A stretch of 32,000 bases of DNA from Mycobacterium tuberculosis H37Rv (GTDB lineage Bacteria > Actinomycetota > Actinomycetes > Mycobacteriales > Mycobacteriaceae), in NCBI RefSeq assembly GCF_000195955.2, contig NC_000962.3:240001-272000 (forward strand). Reading direction: 5' to 3'. Positions 10,124 through 18,912 of this stretch are shown here, one piece after another. The notes below the pieces were generated by a model that was not told the origin of the DNA, searched no databases, and saw only the letters and a list, made by a program, of their open reading frames with translations. Positions within the stretch are counted from its first letter, which is position 1. The number at the start of each line of letters is the position of its first letter. Both the position numbers and the translations under genes were made by a program.

Positions 10124-11598
10124 TCCGCGCGGCTAGTGATGACCCGGCCGGGGTGGACGAGCTGGTGGCAGCGATCGCGCCGGGGCTTGCCGGGCTGGGT
10201 TTGCCGGTCATCAACCGCCGCGAGGTGGTGCTGGTGACCGGTCCGTGGCTGGCCGGGGTTAGCGGTGTGCGCGCGGCACTGGCCGAAAGGCTGCCGCAGC
10301 GTAGGTTCGTCGAGACGGCAGAGTTGGGACCCGGCGATGCGCCGGTGGCGGTGGTGTTCGTTGTTTCCGCGGCAACCGCGCTGACCGAATCCGATTGCGT
10401 GTTGCTGGACACCGCCGCGGAGCACACCGATGCGGTGGTAGCTGTGGTGTCCAAGATCGACGTGCACCGCGGCTGGCGTGACGTGCTTACCAGTAACCGC
10501 GACAGGCTGGCCGCGCGCGCGTCCCGCTACGCCCGGGTGCCCTGGGTTGGCGCGGCCGCCGCACCTGAGCTGGGCGAGCCATACCTGGACGACTTGGTCG
10601 CCGCCATCCAGAAACAGCTCGCCGATCCGGCTGTCGCGCGGCGAAACATGTTGCGTGCGTGGGAATCCCGGCTTCTGATGGTCGCGCGGCGGTTCGATGG
10701 CGATGCACAGAGCGCCGGTCGGCGGGCACGGGTCGACGCGTTGCGCCAGCAACGGCGCACGGTCCTGCGGCAGGGGCGTCAATCGAAGTCTGAACACACC
10801 ATCGCGCTGCGCGCGCAGATCCAGCACGCTCGGGTCAAATTGTCCTACTTTGCCCGCAATCGGTGTTCGTTGCTGCGCGTCGAGCTGCAGGAGCACGTCG
10901 CCGGTCTGTCCCGGAAGGACATCGCCAGGTTCGCGGCATACACGCGCGGCCGGGTCCAGGAGGTGGTCGCCGAGGTGGGCGAAGGTGCCGTCGCGCACCT
11001 TGCCGACGTCGCGCAGCTGTTGGGTGTGCCGGTGCAGCCACCGGTCCTCGAGAACCTCCCGGCGGTGCTCCCGACGGTTGTGGCCCCGCCACTGACATCA
11101 CGACGATTGGAGATCCGGCTGACAACACTCTTGGGCGCCGGGTTCGGGCTGGGTATCGCGCTGACCCTGAGCAGGCTGGTGGCGGGTCTTACTCCCGGCC
11201 TGGCTGCATCGGGGATGGTGGCGGGTGTGGCGATCGGCCTGGCGGTGACCGCCTGGGTGGTGAATGCCCGCGCGCTGCTGCACGACCGTGTCGTGGTGGA
11301 CCGCTGGACGGGTGAGGTGACGGCATCGCTGCGGTCCGTGGTGGAGCAGCTGGTCGCCACTCGGGTGGTGGCTGTCGAGACGCTGCTGAGCACCGCGATT
11401 AGTGAACGCGACGACGCCGAGAACGCCCGGGTGGCCGATCAGGTCAGCATCATTGACGGCGAACTGCGCGAACACGCCGTCGCTGCGGCGCGGGCCGCGG
11501 CCCTGCGTGACCGGGAGATGCCGGCGGTGCGGGCCGCACTTGAGGCGGTGCGTGCAGAACTCGGCGAGCCGGGTGCGCCCACAACAGGCCTGTTCTGA
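10120..11598 (+). CDS. Conserved hypothetical protein, degenerate GTPase-like with C-terminal hydrophobic hairpin (Rv0210-like)
   Basis: GTG start at 10120 overlapping the upstream stop (GTGA) gives 492 aa; VVLVTGPWLAGVSGVRAAL, VVAVVSKIDVHRG, and TM segment TTLLGAGFGLGIALTLSRLVAGLTPGLAASGMVAGVAIGLAVTAWVV. Confidence 0.85.
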   Translation: MIRAASDDPAGVDELVAAIAPGLAGLGLPVINRREVVLVTGPWLAGVSGVRAALAERLPQRRFVETAELGPGDAPVAVVFVVSAATALTESDCVLLDTAAEHTDAVVAVVSKIDVHRGWRDVLTSNRDRLAARASRYARVPWVGAAAAPELGEPYLDDLVAAIQKQLADPAVARRNMLRAWESRLLMVARRFDGDAQSAGRRARVDALRQQRRTVLRQGRQSKSEHTIALRAQIQHARVKLSYFARNRCSLLRVELQEHVAGLSRKDIARFAAYTRGRVQEVVAEVGEGAVAHLADVAQLLGVPVQPPVLENLPAVLPTVVAPPLTSRRLEIRLTTLLGAGFGLGIALTLSRLVAGLTPGLAASGMVAGVAIGLAVTAWVVNARALLHDRVVVDRWTGEVTASLRSVVEQLVATRVVAVETLLSTAISERDDAENARVADQVSIIDGELREHAVAAARAAALRDREMPAVRAALEAVRAELGEPGAPTTGLF

Positions 11599-11663
11599 AG
11601 CTTCTGAATCGTTGTTGTGAGCAGGCTTATACCCGCCCAAGTCTTCCCTGACAAGTTCTGGGC

Positions 11664-11697
11664 GATAATCTGGATAAAAAGTGTCTCACTAGGTGAG
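11664..11697 (+). promoter_or_regulatory. Possible pckA promoter -10 (GATAAT) followed by inverted repeat CTCAC-TAG-GTGAG
   Basis: GATAAT at 11664-11669; CTCAC 11685-11689 and GTGAG 11693-11697 in the 183-bp upstream region of pckA. Confidence 0.35.
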
Positions 11698-11781
11698 CGG
11701 CCGTATCAGCCTCGCCACCAAGACGGGCATACCTAACCCATACGTAACCGCGAGCACCCGATAACTACGCAGGAGAATTCG

Positions 11782-13602
11782 ATGACCTCAGCGACCATCC
11801 CCGGTCTGGATACCGCGCCGACGAATCACCAGGGGTTGCTGTCCTGGGTCGAAGAGGTCGCCGAGCTCACCCAGCCGGACCGGGTGGTCTTCACTGACGG
11901 CTCGGAAGAAGAGTTCCAGCGGCTCTGCGATCAGCTAGTCGAGGCCGGCACGTTCATCAGGCTCAACCCCGAGAAGCACAAGAACTCCTACCTGGCATTG
12001 TCGGATCCGTCCGATGTCGCGCGGGTGGAGTCGCGGACGTACATCTGCTCGGCGAAAGAGATCGACGCCGGCCCCACCAACAACTGGATGGATCCCGGCG
12101 AAATGCGGTCCATCATGAAAGACCTGTACCGGGGTTGCATGCGCGGGCGCACCATGTATGTGGTGCCGTTCTGTATGGGACCGCTGGGCGCCGAGGACCC
12201 CAAACTTGGTGTGGAGATCACCGACTCCGAGTACGTCGTCGTCTCCATGCGCACCATGACCCGGATGGGCAAGGCCGCGCTGGAGAAAATGGGCGACGAC
12301 GGTTTCTTTGTCAAGGCGCTGCACTCGGTCGGCGCGCCGCTGGAACCGGGCCAAAAGGACGTGGCCTGGCCCTGCAGCGAAACCAAGTACATCACCCACT
12401 TCCCGGAGACCCGGGAGATCTGGAGCTACGGCTCGGGCTACGGCGGCAACGCGTTGCTGGGCAAGAAGTGCTACTCACTGCGTATCGCGTCGGCGATGGC
12501 CCACGATGAGGGCTGGCTGGCCGAGCACATGCTGATCCTCAAGCTGATTTCGCCGGAGAACAAGGCTTACTACTTCGCGGCCGCATTCCCGTCGGCGTGT
12601 GGCAAGACCAACCTGGCGATGCTGCAGCCAACCATCCCCGGCTGGCGTGCGGAGACACTCGGAGACGACATCGCATGGATGCGATTTGGCAAGGACGGTC
12701 GCCTGTACGCCGTCAACCCGGAATTCGGCTTCTTCGGGGTGGCGCCGGGCACCAACTGGAAGTCGAACCCTAACGCCATGCGCACCATTGCCGCCGGCAA
12801 CACGGTGTTCACCAATGTCGCACTCACCGACGACGGCGACGTGTGGTGGGAGGGCCTGGAAGGCGACCCGCAGCACCTGATCGACTGGAAGGGCAACGAC
12901 TGGTACTTCCGCGAGACGGAAACCAATGCGGCACACCCGAACTCCCGGTACTGCACACCGATGTCGCAGTGCCCGATCCTGGCCCCCGAGTGGGATGACC
13001 CGCAGGGCGTCCCGATCTCGGGGATCCTGTTCGGCGGCCGCCGCAAGACCACGGTTCCGCTGGTCACCGAGGCGCGCGACTGGCAGCACGGGGTGTTCAT
13101 CGGTGCGACCCTGGGTAGCGAGCAGACCGCCGCGGCCGAGGGCAAGGTCGGCAATGTGCGCCGCGACCCGATGGCCATGCTGCCGTTTTTGGGCTACAAC
13201 GTTGGGGACTACTTCCAGCACTGGATCAACCTGGGCAAGCACGCCGATGAGTCCAAGCTGCCCAAGGTGTTCTTCGTCAACTGGTTCCGTCGCGGTGACG
13301 ACGGTCGCTTCCTGTGGCCGGGCTTCGGCGAGAACAGCCGGGTGCTGAAGTGGATCGTCGATCGCATCGAGCACAAGGCCGGCGGTGCGACCACCCCGAT
13401 CGGCACCGTTCCCGCCGTGGAGGACTTGGACCTGGACGGACTGGACGTCGACGCCGCCGATGTAGCCGCGGCGCTGGCAGTCGATGCCGATGAATGGCGT
13501 CAGGAACTGCCGCTGATCGAAGAATGGCTGCAGTTCGTCGGCGAGAAGCTGCCGACCGGTGTCAAAGATGAGTTCGACGCCCTGAAGGAGCGCCTAGGTT
13601 AG
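11782..13602 (+). CDS. pckA: Phosphoenolpyruvate carboxykinase (GTP)
   Basis: 606 aa; hallmark active-site P-loop [30 protein letters not shown]; AGGAG RBS at 11771-11775. Confidence 0.98.
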
Positions 13603-13617
13603 GGCGAGCAGACGCAT

Positions 13618-13650
13618 AAGCCCCCGCACGCACGGCGTGTCGAGGGCTTT
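13618..13650. terminator. Candidate intrinsic terminator between convergent pckA and nadR-like genes
   Basis: Stem AAGCCC (13618-13623) / GGGCTT (13644-13649) with inner CACG (13627-13630) / CGTG (13636-13639); only a weak T tract follows. Confidence 0.5.
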
Positions 13651-13668
13651 AGTGTCTGCTCGCGCTCG

Positions 13669-14640
13669 TTAGCGGCGGGCACGCACAAGTTCTTCGACAG
13701 CGCGCAAAGACACCGAAAGCCTCTCTTCCCAACCGCCCGTGATCACCACGAATGATCGTCCCGCGGCGCGGAGAGCCTGCTCGCAGCGGGCGAAAAAGGT
13801 ACCGCGTGCGCCGGGGACACAGCGTCCGTCGTCGGCGTCCCAGGGCACATCGGGCGTGGTGAGCAGTGTGAGATCGTAGGGACGCCGAGCTAGATCACGG
13901 AGCTCTTGCGGGCAGCCGCCCGCCAGGAACTCGGCCCACACGGTCGTCGCGAGCGGATCCGTGTCGCAGATCAGGACGCGATCGGCGTCACGAGCCAAGG
14001 CTTCCTCCGACGCGATCTGTCCGCGAACGATTTCGGCCCACTCCAGTCCTATCAGTGAGCCGCCATTGAGCTCCCGCAACATTTTCGCCCGCTCCGGGAC
14101 CCACTTCGTTCGGAGCTTTTCCGCAACCGCCTGTGCCAGCGTGGTCTTCCCGGTGGATTCGGGTCCGATGATGCTCACGCGTTTGACGAAGGCCGGCCGC
14201 ACGCACCGTGGGATGTGTTGCCAGTGGCCAAGCGGGTCCGCGCGGATGTCGGTTGCAGTCACGGGAACGACGGTGCGACCGTGATCGACCGCCACGAAAC
14301 GCGCTCCGAGGACCTGGGCAAAGTCCGCGTTGTAGGGCTCGGCACCGAAGACGAAGTCGGGGCGGGTTGCCAGCACGCCCTGCAGGCTCGCCTTCCAGAT
14401 GTCCCAGAAGTCCGGGTGCTCCCACGGGCGCTGCGGGTTCTCGTTGGCCAGATGGACCACGCGATCGAAGGGGAACAGCTCCCGCATCCATGCAACGCGC
14501 TGGGCGCCCGGAATCGGCTCTGCTGCCGTTGATCCGACGACGATGGTCAGCTCATCCACCCATCGCCGCGCGAACTCGCAAAGGTAGACGTGTCCCGCAT
14601 GGGGCGGCATGAACTTGCCGAGCACCATTCCGTGTGTCAC
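13669..14640 (-). CDS. nadR: NadR-like bifunctional nicotinamide-nucleotide adenylyltransferase/ribosylnicotinamide kinase
   Basis: 323 aa; nucleotidyltransferase start GMVLGKFMPPHAGHVYLCEFA and C-terminal kinase P-loop VSIIGPESTGKTTLAQAVAEKL, DTDPLATTVWAEFL. Confidence 0.93.
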   Translation of the reverse strand: MTHGMVLGKFMPPHAGHVYLCEFARRWVDELTIVVGSTAAEPIPGAQRVAWMRELFPFDRVVHLANENPQRPWEHPDFWDIWKASLQGVLATRPDFVFGAEPYNADFAQVLGARFVAVDHGRTVVPVTATDIRADPLGHWQHIPRCVRPAFVKRVSIIGPESTGKTTLAQAVAEKLRTKWVPERAKMLRELNGGSLIGLEWAEIVRGQIASEEALARDADRVLICDTDPLATTVWAEFLAGGCPQELRDLARRPYDLTLLTTPDVPWDADDGRCVPGARGTFFARCEQALRAAGRSFVVITGGWEERLSVSLRAVEELVRARR

Positions 14641-16070
14641 GACGTCGCCTCAGCGATTCGGCCGGCGATGACATTCTCCCACTCGTCCAGCCGCGAAAGA
14701 AAGTACGCCTCAGCCTCATCGAAGCTGATTCCGACGTCAGGAGCGACCTTGGCTACGACGTCGGCGTAGACCCGGGAGGCCTCTGGGTCGACGAATTCCC
14801 ACTGACCGAGGGGCCATTTCGCGGTGAGATAACCCGCGTCCGAGTACGCTTGGTACAACGGCGTTCCCGGATAGGGGACGATCCGGCTCATGAACTTGAA
14901 GCCGACCGTATACTTTGTTGCCCGCAGCAGGCGGACTGTTTCGCGTAGCTCGTCGGGCTGCACGGTGGGGTGAAACATAATGGTGCCCGGGATAACGTCA
15001 ATGCCGAGCTGTTGCAGGGCGTTGATCGTGTCGGCGGCATCTTGTCCACGAGTGAGGATCTGCTTGCGGTAGGCGCGCAGTTGCTCGTAGGACCCAGTCT
15101 CCACGCCGATGAATACCCGACGCAGGCCCGCCCTGTGCAGATGTTTGAACAAGTCCAGATCGACAACGGAGTCCAGCCGGATATCGACCATGAAGTTGAC
15201 GCTGATCCCCCTCCTGAGTACCGCGTTGGCAAAGTCAGCGGCGCGTTGCTGCGAACCGGGGTGTTTGGAGATAAACAGGTCGTCGGTGATGGATAGGAAG
15301 TTGACGTCGTAGTCCGACACCAGATAATCGATCTCGTCGACGACCGCGTCAACCGACTTCGCCCGGTAGCTGTCCTTCCCTAGCATCGCGGACATGGCCC
15401 CGGTGCCGCAGAACGTGCAGCGGTAGGGGCATCCGCGGGTGGAAAAGACGGAGGCGGCGAAGCCATCAGCAAGGACGGTCGGCAACTCGTCGCGAGCCGG
15501 GCGAGGCAACTCGTCAAGGTCGACCAGCGAGGAGGGTGTGCGCAGGATCTGTCCCTGCTCACTACGGCGGGCTAGTCCCGGGACGTCGTCAACCGCAGCG
15601 TCATTCGCCAGGGCCAAGGCCAGCTTGGTGAACGCTACCTCCCCGTCGCCAACGACGACGTAGTCGAAACAGTCATGCTGGCGCAGGATGCGCTCGTAGT
15701 TCAGTGTTGCCATCGCATTCCCGATGACGATGCGCACGCCATCCCAGGCCTGTCTCGCGCGCTGCGCCAACCACAACACCTCCGGAAATGTGTCGATGCA
15801 GGAAAAGCCGACAAGCCGGGGCGTTCCTGATAAGGCGGCGGCGCTTTGCATGGCCAGCCACGTCTCCTGCACGGACCCGTGGCCGGCGACCAGGCCGTTG
15901 ACGGAGGTGACTGCGATCCCTTGGGTCTTGGCGTATGCCTTGATCGACATCATCCCGAGGTGCTCCATGGGCATGGAGCAATACAGCCACGGATCTCCAA
16001 GCTTGAGTCCGTCAACGTACGACAGCCCGTCTTGACGGACGCCTGGAGGATTGACCAGAAGAGTTGCCAC
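14637..16070 (-). CDS. Radical SAM enzyme with N-terminal B12-binding-like domain (Rv0213c-like)
   Basis: Radical SAM cluster motif STRGCPYRCTFCGTG; N-terminal MATLLVNPPG...MEHLGMMSIKAYAKTQG typical of B12-binding radical SAM proteins; ATGA overlap with the nadR-like gene. Confidence 0.9.
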   Translation of the reverse strand: MATLLVNPPGVRQDGLSYVDGLKLGDPWLYCSMPMEHLGMMSIKAYAKTQGIAVTSVNGLVAGHGSVQETWLAMQSAAALSGTPRLVGFSCIDTFPEVLWLAQRARQAWDGVRIVIGNAMATLNYERILRQHDCFDYVVVGDGEVAFTKLALALANDAAVDDVPGLARRSEQGQILRTPSSLVDLDELPRPARDELPTVLADGFAASVFSTRGCPYRCTFCGTGAMSAMLGKDSYRAKSVDAVVDEIDYLVSDYDVNFLSITDDLFISKHPGSQQRAADFANAVLRRGISVNFMVDIRLDSVVDLDLFKHLHRAGLRRVFIGVETGSYEQLRAYRKQILTRGQDAADTINALQQLGIDVIPGTIMFHPTVQPDELRETVRLLRATKYTVGFKFMSRIVPYPGTPLYQAYSDAGYLTAKWPLGQWEFVDPEASRVYADVVAKVAPDVGISFDEAEAYFLSRLDEWENVIAGRIAEATS

Positions 16071-16147
16071 GTGGAGAACTTTACAAACGATTTCGGCTGG
16101 TGATGGGCGGAATTGCGCCCTGCGGCTCTGGTCGCCGGGCCGCGACG

Positions 16148-16153
16148 TACCCT
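16148..16153 (+). promoter_or_regulatory. Candidate -10 box TACCCT for leaderless fadD4 mRNA
   Basis: TACCCT followed by 6 nt and ATG at 16160, the spacing expected for transcription starting on the ATG. Confidence 0.45.
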
Positions 16154-16159
16154 CGGCGC

Positions 16160-17677
16160 ATGCAGATTCGCCCGTATATCGGCGCCGATAAGCCCGCCGT
16201 CATCCTGTATCCGTCCGGGACGGTCATCAGCTTCGACGAGTTGGAGGCCCGCGCCAACCGGTTGGCGCATTGGTTCCGCCAGGCTGGTCTGCGCGAGGAC
16301 GACGTCGTGGCCATCCTGATGGAGAACAACGAGCACGTGCACGCGGTCATGTGGGCGGCTCGCCGCAGCGGGTTGTACTACGTGCCGATCAATACCCACC
16401 TGACCGCCTCCGAGGCCGCCTACATCGTCGACAACAGCGGTGCCAAAGCAATTGTCGGTTCGGCGGCGCTGCGCGAGACCTGCCACGGCCTGGCCGAACA
16501 CCTTCCGGGCGGGCTGCCGGACCTGCTGATGCTTGCCGGGGGCGGTCTGGTCGGCTGGATGACCTACCCGGAATGCGTTGCCGATCAACCAGACACCCCG
16601 ATCGAGGACGAACGCGAGGGTGACCTGCTGCAGTACTCGTCGGGAACGACTGGCCGACCGAAGGGAATCAAACGCGAATTGCCACACGTCTCACCGGATG
16701 CGGCACCCGGGATGATGCCGGCACTGCTCGATTTCTGGATGGACGCCGACTCGGTATATCTGAGTCCCGCGCCGATGTACCACACCGCTCCGTCAGTGTG
16801 GACGATGAGCGCACTGGCCGCGGGCGTCACCACCGTCGTGATGGAGAAGTTCGACGCCGAGGGCGCCCTCGACGCCATCCAGCGCTACCGGGTGACCCAC
16901 GCGCAATTCGTCCCGGCCATGTTCGTCCGGATGCTGAAACTCCCTGAAGCAGTTCGTAATTCGTATGACATGTCCAGCCTTAGGCGAGTGATCCACGCGG
17001 CCGCTCCATGTCCAGTCCAGATCAAGGAGCAGATGATTCACTGGTGGGGACCGATCATCGACGAGTACTACGCCTCCTCGGAAGCCAGCGGGTCGACGTT
17101 GATCACAGCCGAGGATTGGTTGACGCATCCGGGTTCGGTCGGCAAGCCCATACAGGGCGGGGTGCACATCGTGGGCGCCGACGGCAGCGAGCTGCCGCCG
17201 AACCAGCCGGGCGAAATCTATTTCGAGGGCGGGTACCCCTTCGAATACCTCAACGATCCGGCGAAAACCGCGGCGTCGCGCAACAAGCACGGCTGGGTAA
17301 CCGTCGGCGACGTCGGCTATCTCGACGACGACGGCTACTTGTTCCTGACCGGCCGGCGCCACCACATGATCATCTCCGGCGGCGTGAACATCTACCCGCA
17401 GGAGGCGGAGAACCTCTTGGTCGCCCACCCCAAGGTGCTCGACGCGGCGGTGTTCGGCGTTCCCGACGACGAGATGGGTCAACGTGTCATGGCCGCGGTG
17501 CAAACCGTCGACTCCGCCGATGCCAACGATCAGTTCGCCGGCGAGCTATTAGCCTGGTTACGAGACCGCTTGTCACACTTCAAGTGTCCAAGGTCGATCG
17601 CGTTCGAACCGCAATTGCCGCGCACCGACACCGGAAAGCTCTACAAGAGCGGGCTGGTCGAAAAATACTCGGTGTGA
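16160..17677 (+). CDS. fadD4: Acyl-CoA synthetase / fatty-acid-CoA ligase FadD4
   Basis: AMP-binding motif LLQYSSGTTGRPKGIKRELPH, YASSEASGSTLI, GDVGYLDDDGYLFLTGR, C-terminal RTDTGKLYK. ORF is open from 16064, but start at MQIRPYIGADKPAVIL (16160) is preferred. Confidence 0.93.
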   Translation: MQIRPYIGADKPAVILYPSGTVISFDELEARANRLAHWFRQAGLREDDVVAILMENNEHVHAVMWAARRSGLYYVPINTHLTASEAAYIVDNSGAKAIVGSAALRETCHGLAEHLPGGLPDLLMLAGGGLVGWMTYPECVADQPDTPIEDEREGDLLQYSSGTTGRPKGIKRELPHVSPDAAPGMMPALLDFWMDADSVYLSPAPMYHTAPSVWTMSALAAGVTTVVMEKFDAEGALDAIQRYRVTHAQFVPAMFVRMLKLPEAVRNSYDMSSLRRVIHAAAPCPVQIKEQMIHWWGPIIDEYYASSEASGSTLITAEDWLTHPGSVGKPIQGGVHIVGADGSELPPNQPGEIYFEGGYPFEYLNDPAKTAASRNKHGWVTVGDVGYLDDDGYLFLTGRRHHMIISGGVNIYPQEAENLLVAHPKVLDAAVFGVPDDEMGQRVMAAVQTVDSADANDQFAGELLAWLRDRLSHFKCPRSIAFEPQLPRTDTGKLYKSGLVEKYSV

Positions 17678-17718
17678 CCGATGCTGCCGGGGGCCCGACC
17701 TGTCCACCCAGACACCGG

Positions 17719-17784
17719 CTATATCCCGCCCCGGGCCACCAGTTGTCCGGCTATCACGTTGCGCTGGATCTCGTTGGTGCCTTC
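17719..17784 (-). pseudogene. Out-of-frame remnant of the acyl-CoA dehydrogenase C-terminus (EGTNEIQRNVIAGQLVARGGI*)
   Basis: Reverse complement GAAGGCACCAACGAGATCCAGCGCAACGTGATAGCCGGACAACTGGTGGCCCGGGGCGGGATATAG read in a frame different from the fadE3 reading frame. Confidence 0.85.
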
Positions 17785-18856
17785 ACCGCCGTTCCACGTC
17801 GTACTCGGTCGAGTAGCCGTAGCCGCCGTGGATACGCACGGCGTTTAGGGCGATTTCCATCGCGACCTCGGAGGCGAACAACTTGGCCATCCCGGCCTCC
17901 ATATCGCAGCGTTGGCCGCTGTCGTACCGCTCGGCGGCATAGCGGGTCAGCTGACGGGCCGCTGTGAGCTTGGTCGCCATGTCGGCCAGGTAATTGCCGA
18001 CCGCCTGATGCTGCCAGATCGGTCGGCCAAAGCTTTCCCGTTGCTGAGCGTAGGCCAGCGAGTCCTCGAGTGCCGCCGTCGCCACGCCCAGCGCCCGCGC
18101 GGCCACTTGGATGCGACCCGTTTCAAGTCCCTTCATCATCTGCGAAAAGCCTTGACCCATGGCTCCGCCCAGGATCGCCGAGACCGGCACCCGGAGGTTG
18201 TCGAACGACAGCTCGCAGGATTCGACGCCCTTGTAACCCAACTTCGGCAAGTCCCGCGACACCGTGAGTCCCGGCCCGGGTTCGACGAGCACGATCGACA
18301 TGCCTTGGTGCCGCGGTGTGGCGTTCGGGTCGGTCTTGCACAGCACCGCGAAAAGTCCGGACCGGCGGGCGTTGCTGATCCACGTCTTGCAGCCGTTGAT
18401 CAACAACCCGGCAGAGCCTTCAGGGCCGTCGGCCAACGCCGTGGTCGACATGTTCTGCAGATCCGAGCCACCGCCGGGCTCGGTTAGCGCCATGGTGGCC
18501 CGCAGCTCGCCACTGGCCATCGGGGGCAGATATGTCCGCCGCTGTTCCTCGGTGCCAAACAGGGTCAGCAATTTGGCGACGACGGTGTGCCCGCCCATCG
18601 CGCCGGCCAGGCTCATCCAGCCGCGTGCCAGCTCCTGGGTGACTTGCACATAGCACGGCATCGACACCGGCGACCCGCCGTACTGTTCGTCGATCGCCAG
18701 GCCGTAGATGCCGATGTGTTTCATCTGCTCGATCCACGCCTCCGGGTAGCTATTGGCATGCTCGACCTCACGGACGGTTGGCTTCACGTCTCGGTCGATG
18801 AATGCCCGCACGGTGGCGACCAGCATCGCTTCGTCGTCGTTGAGCTCGTTGCGCAC
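17783..18856 (-). CDS. fadE3: Acyl-CoA dehydrogenase FadE3, apparently C-terminally truncated
   Basis: ALTEPGGGSDLQNM, NGCKTWISNA, QQRESFGRPIWQHQAV, RIHGGYGYSTEYDVER then R-stop. GTG (VRNELNDDEAM) at 18856 gives 357 aa. Confidence 0.9.
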   Translation of the reverse strand: MRNELNDDEAMLVATVRAFIDRDVKPTVREVEHANSYPEAWIEQMKHIGIYGLAIDEQYGGSPVSMPCYVQVTQELARGWMSLAGAMGGHTVVAKLLTLFGTEEQRRTYLPPMASGELRATMALTEPGGGSDLQNMSTTALADGPEGSAGLLINGCKTWISNARRSGLFAVLCKTDPNATPRHQGMSIVLVEPGPGLTVSRDLPKLGYKGVESCELSFDNLRVPVSAILGGAMGQGFSQMMKGLETGRIQVAARALGVATAALEDSLAYAQQRESFGRPIWQHQAVGNYLADMATKLTAARQLTRYAAERYDSGQRCDMEAGMAKLFASEVAMEIALNAVRIHGGYGYSTEYDVERR

Positions 18857-18890
18857 CTTTTGTCGCCCTCCGTATTGACCCCCTGTCCGA

Positions 18891-18896
18891 TAGCCT
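18891..18896 (+). promoter_or_regulatory. Candidate -10 box TAGCCT upstream of the double-hotdog protein gene
   Basis: TAGCCT at 18891-18896, 6 nt before ATG 18903 (5-codon mini-ORF) and 16 nt before the GTG start 18913. Confidence 0.4.
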
Positions 18897-18912
18897 GCCA
18901 GCATGTGGCGTT

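Noticed and set aside
10003-10998. 331-aa minus-strand ORF opposite the second GTPase-like gene
   Set aside because: Arg/His/Gly-rich composition typical of antisense GC-rich frames; the plus frame has an overlapping start, correct codon bias and family-like motifs.
12475-13374. 299-aa minus-strand ORF opposite pckA
   Set aside because: Entirely inside well-supported pckA; no recognizable domain.
13400-13500. Asp-rich stretch near the PckA C-terminus ([27 protein letters not shown]) as a possible insertion
   Set aside because: In frame, compatible with surface-loop variation in mycobacterial PEPCK; no evidence of disruption.
15950-16687. 245-aa minus-strand ORF overlapping the radical SAM start and fadD4
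   Set aside because: Shadow of fadD4; no RBS or domain support.
17008-17967. 319-aa plus-strand ORF spanning the end of fadD4 and the start of the convergent region
   Set aside because: Frame-shifted reading of fadD4 with low-complexity Arg/Gly/Ala content; it crosses two real genes.
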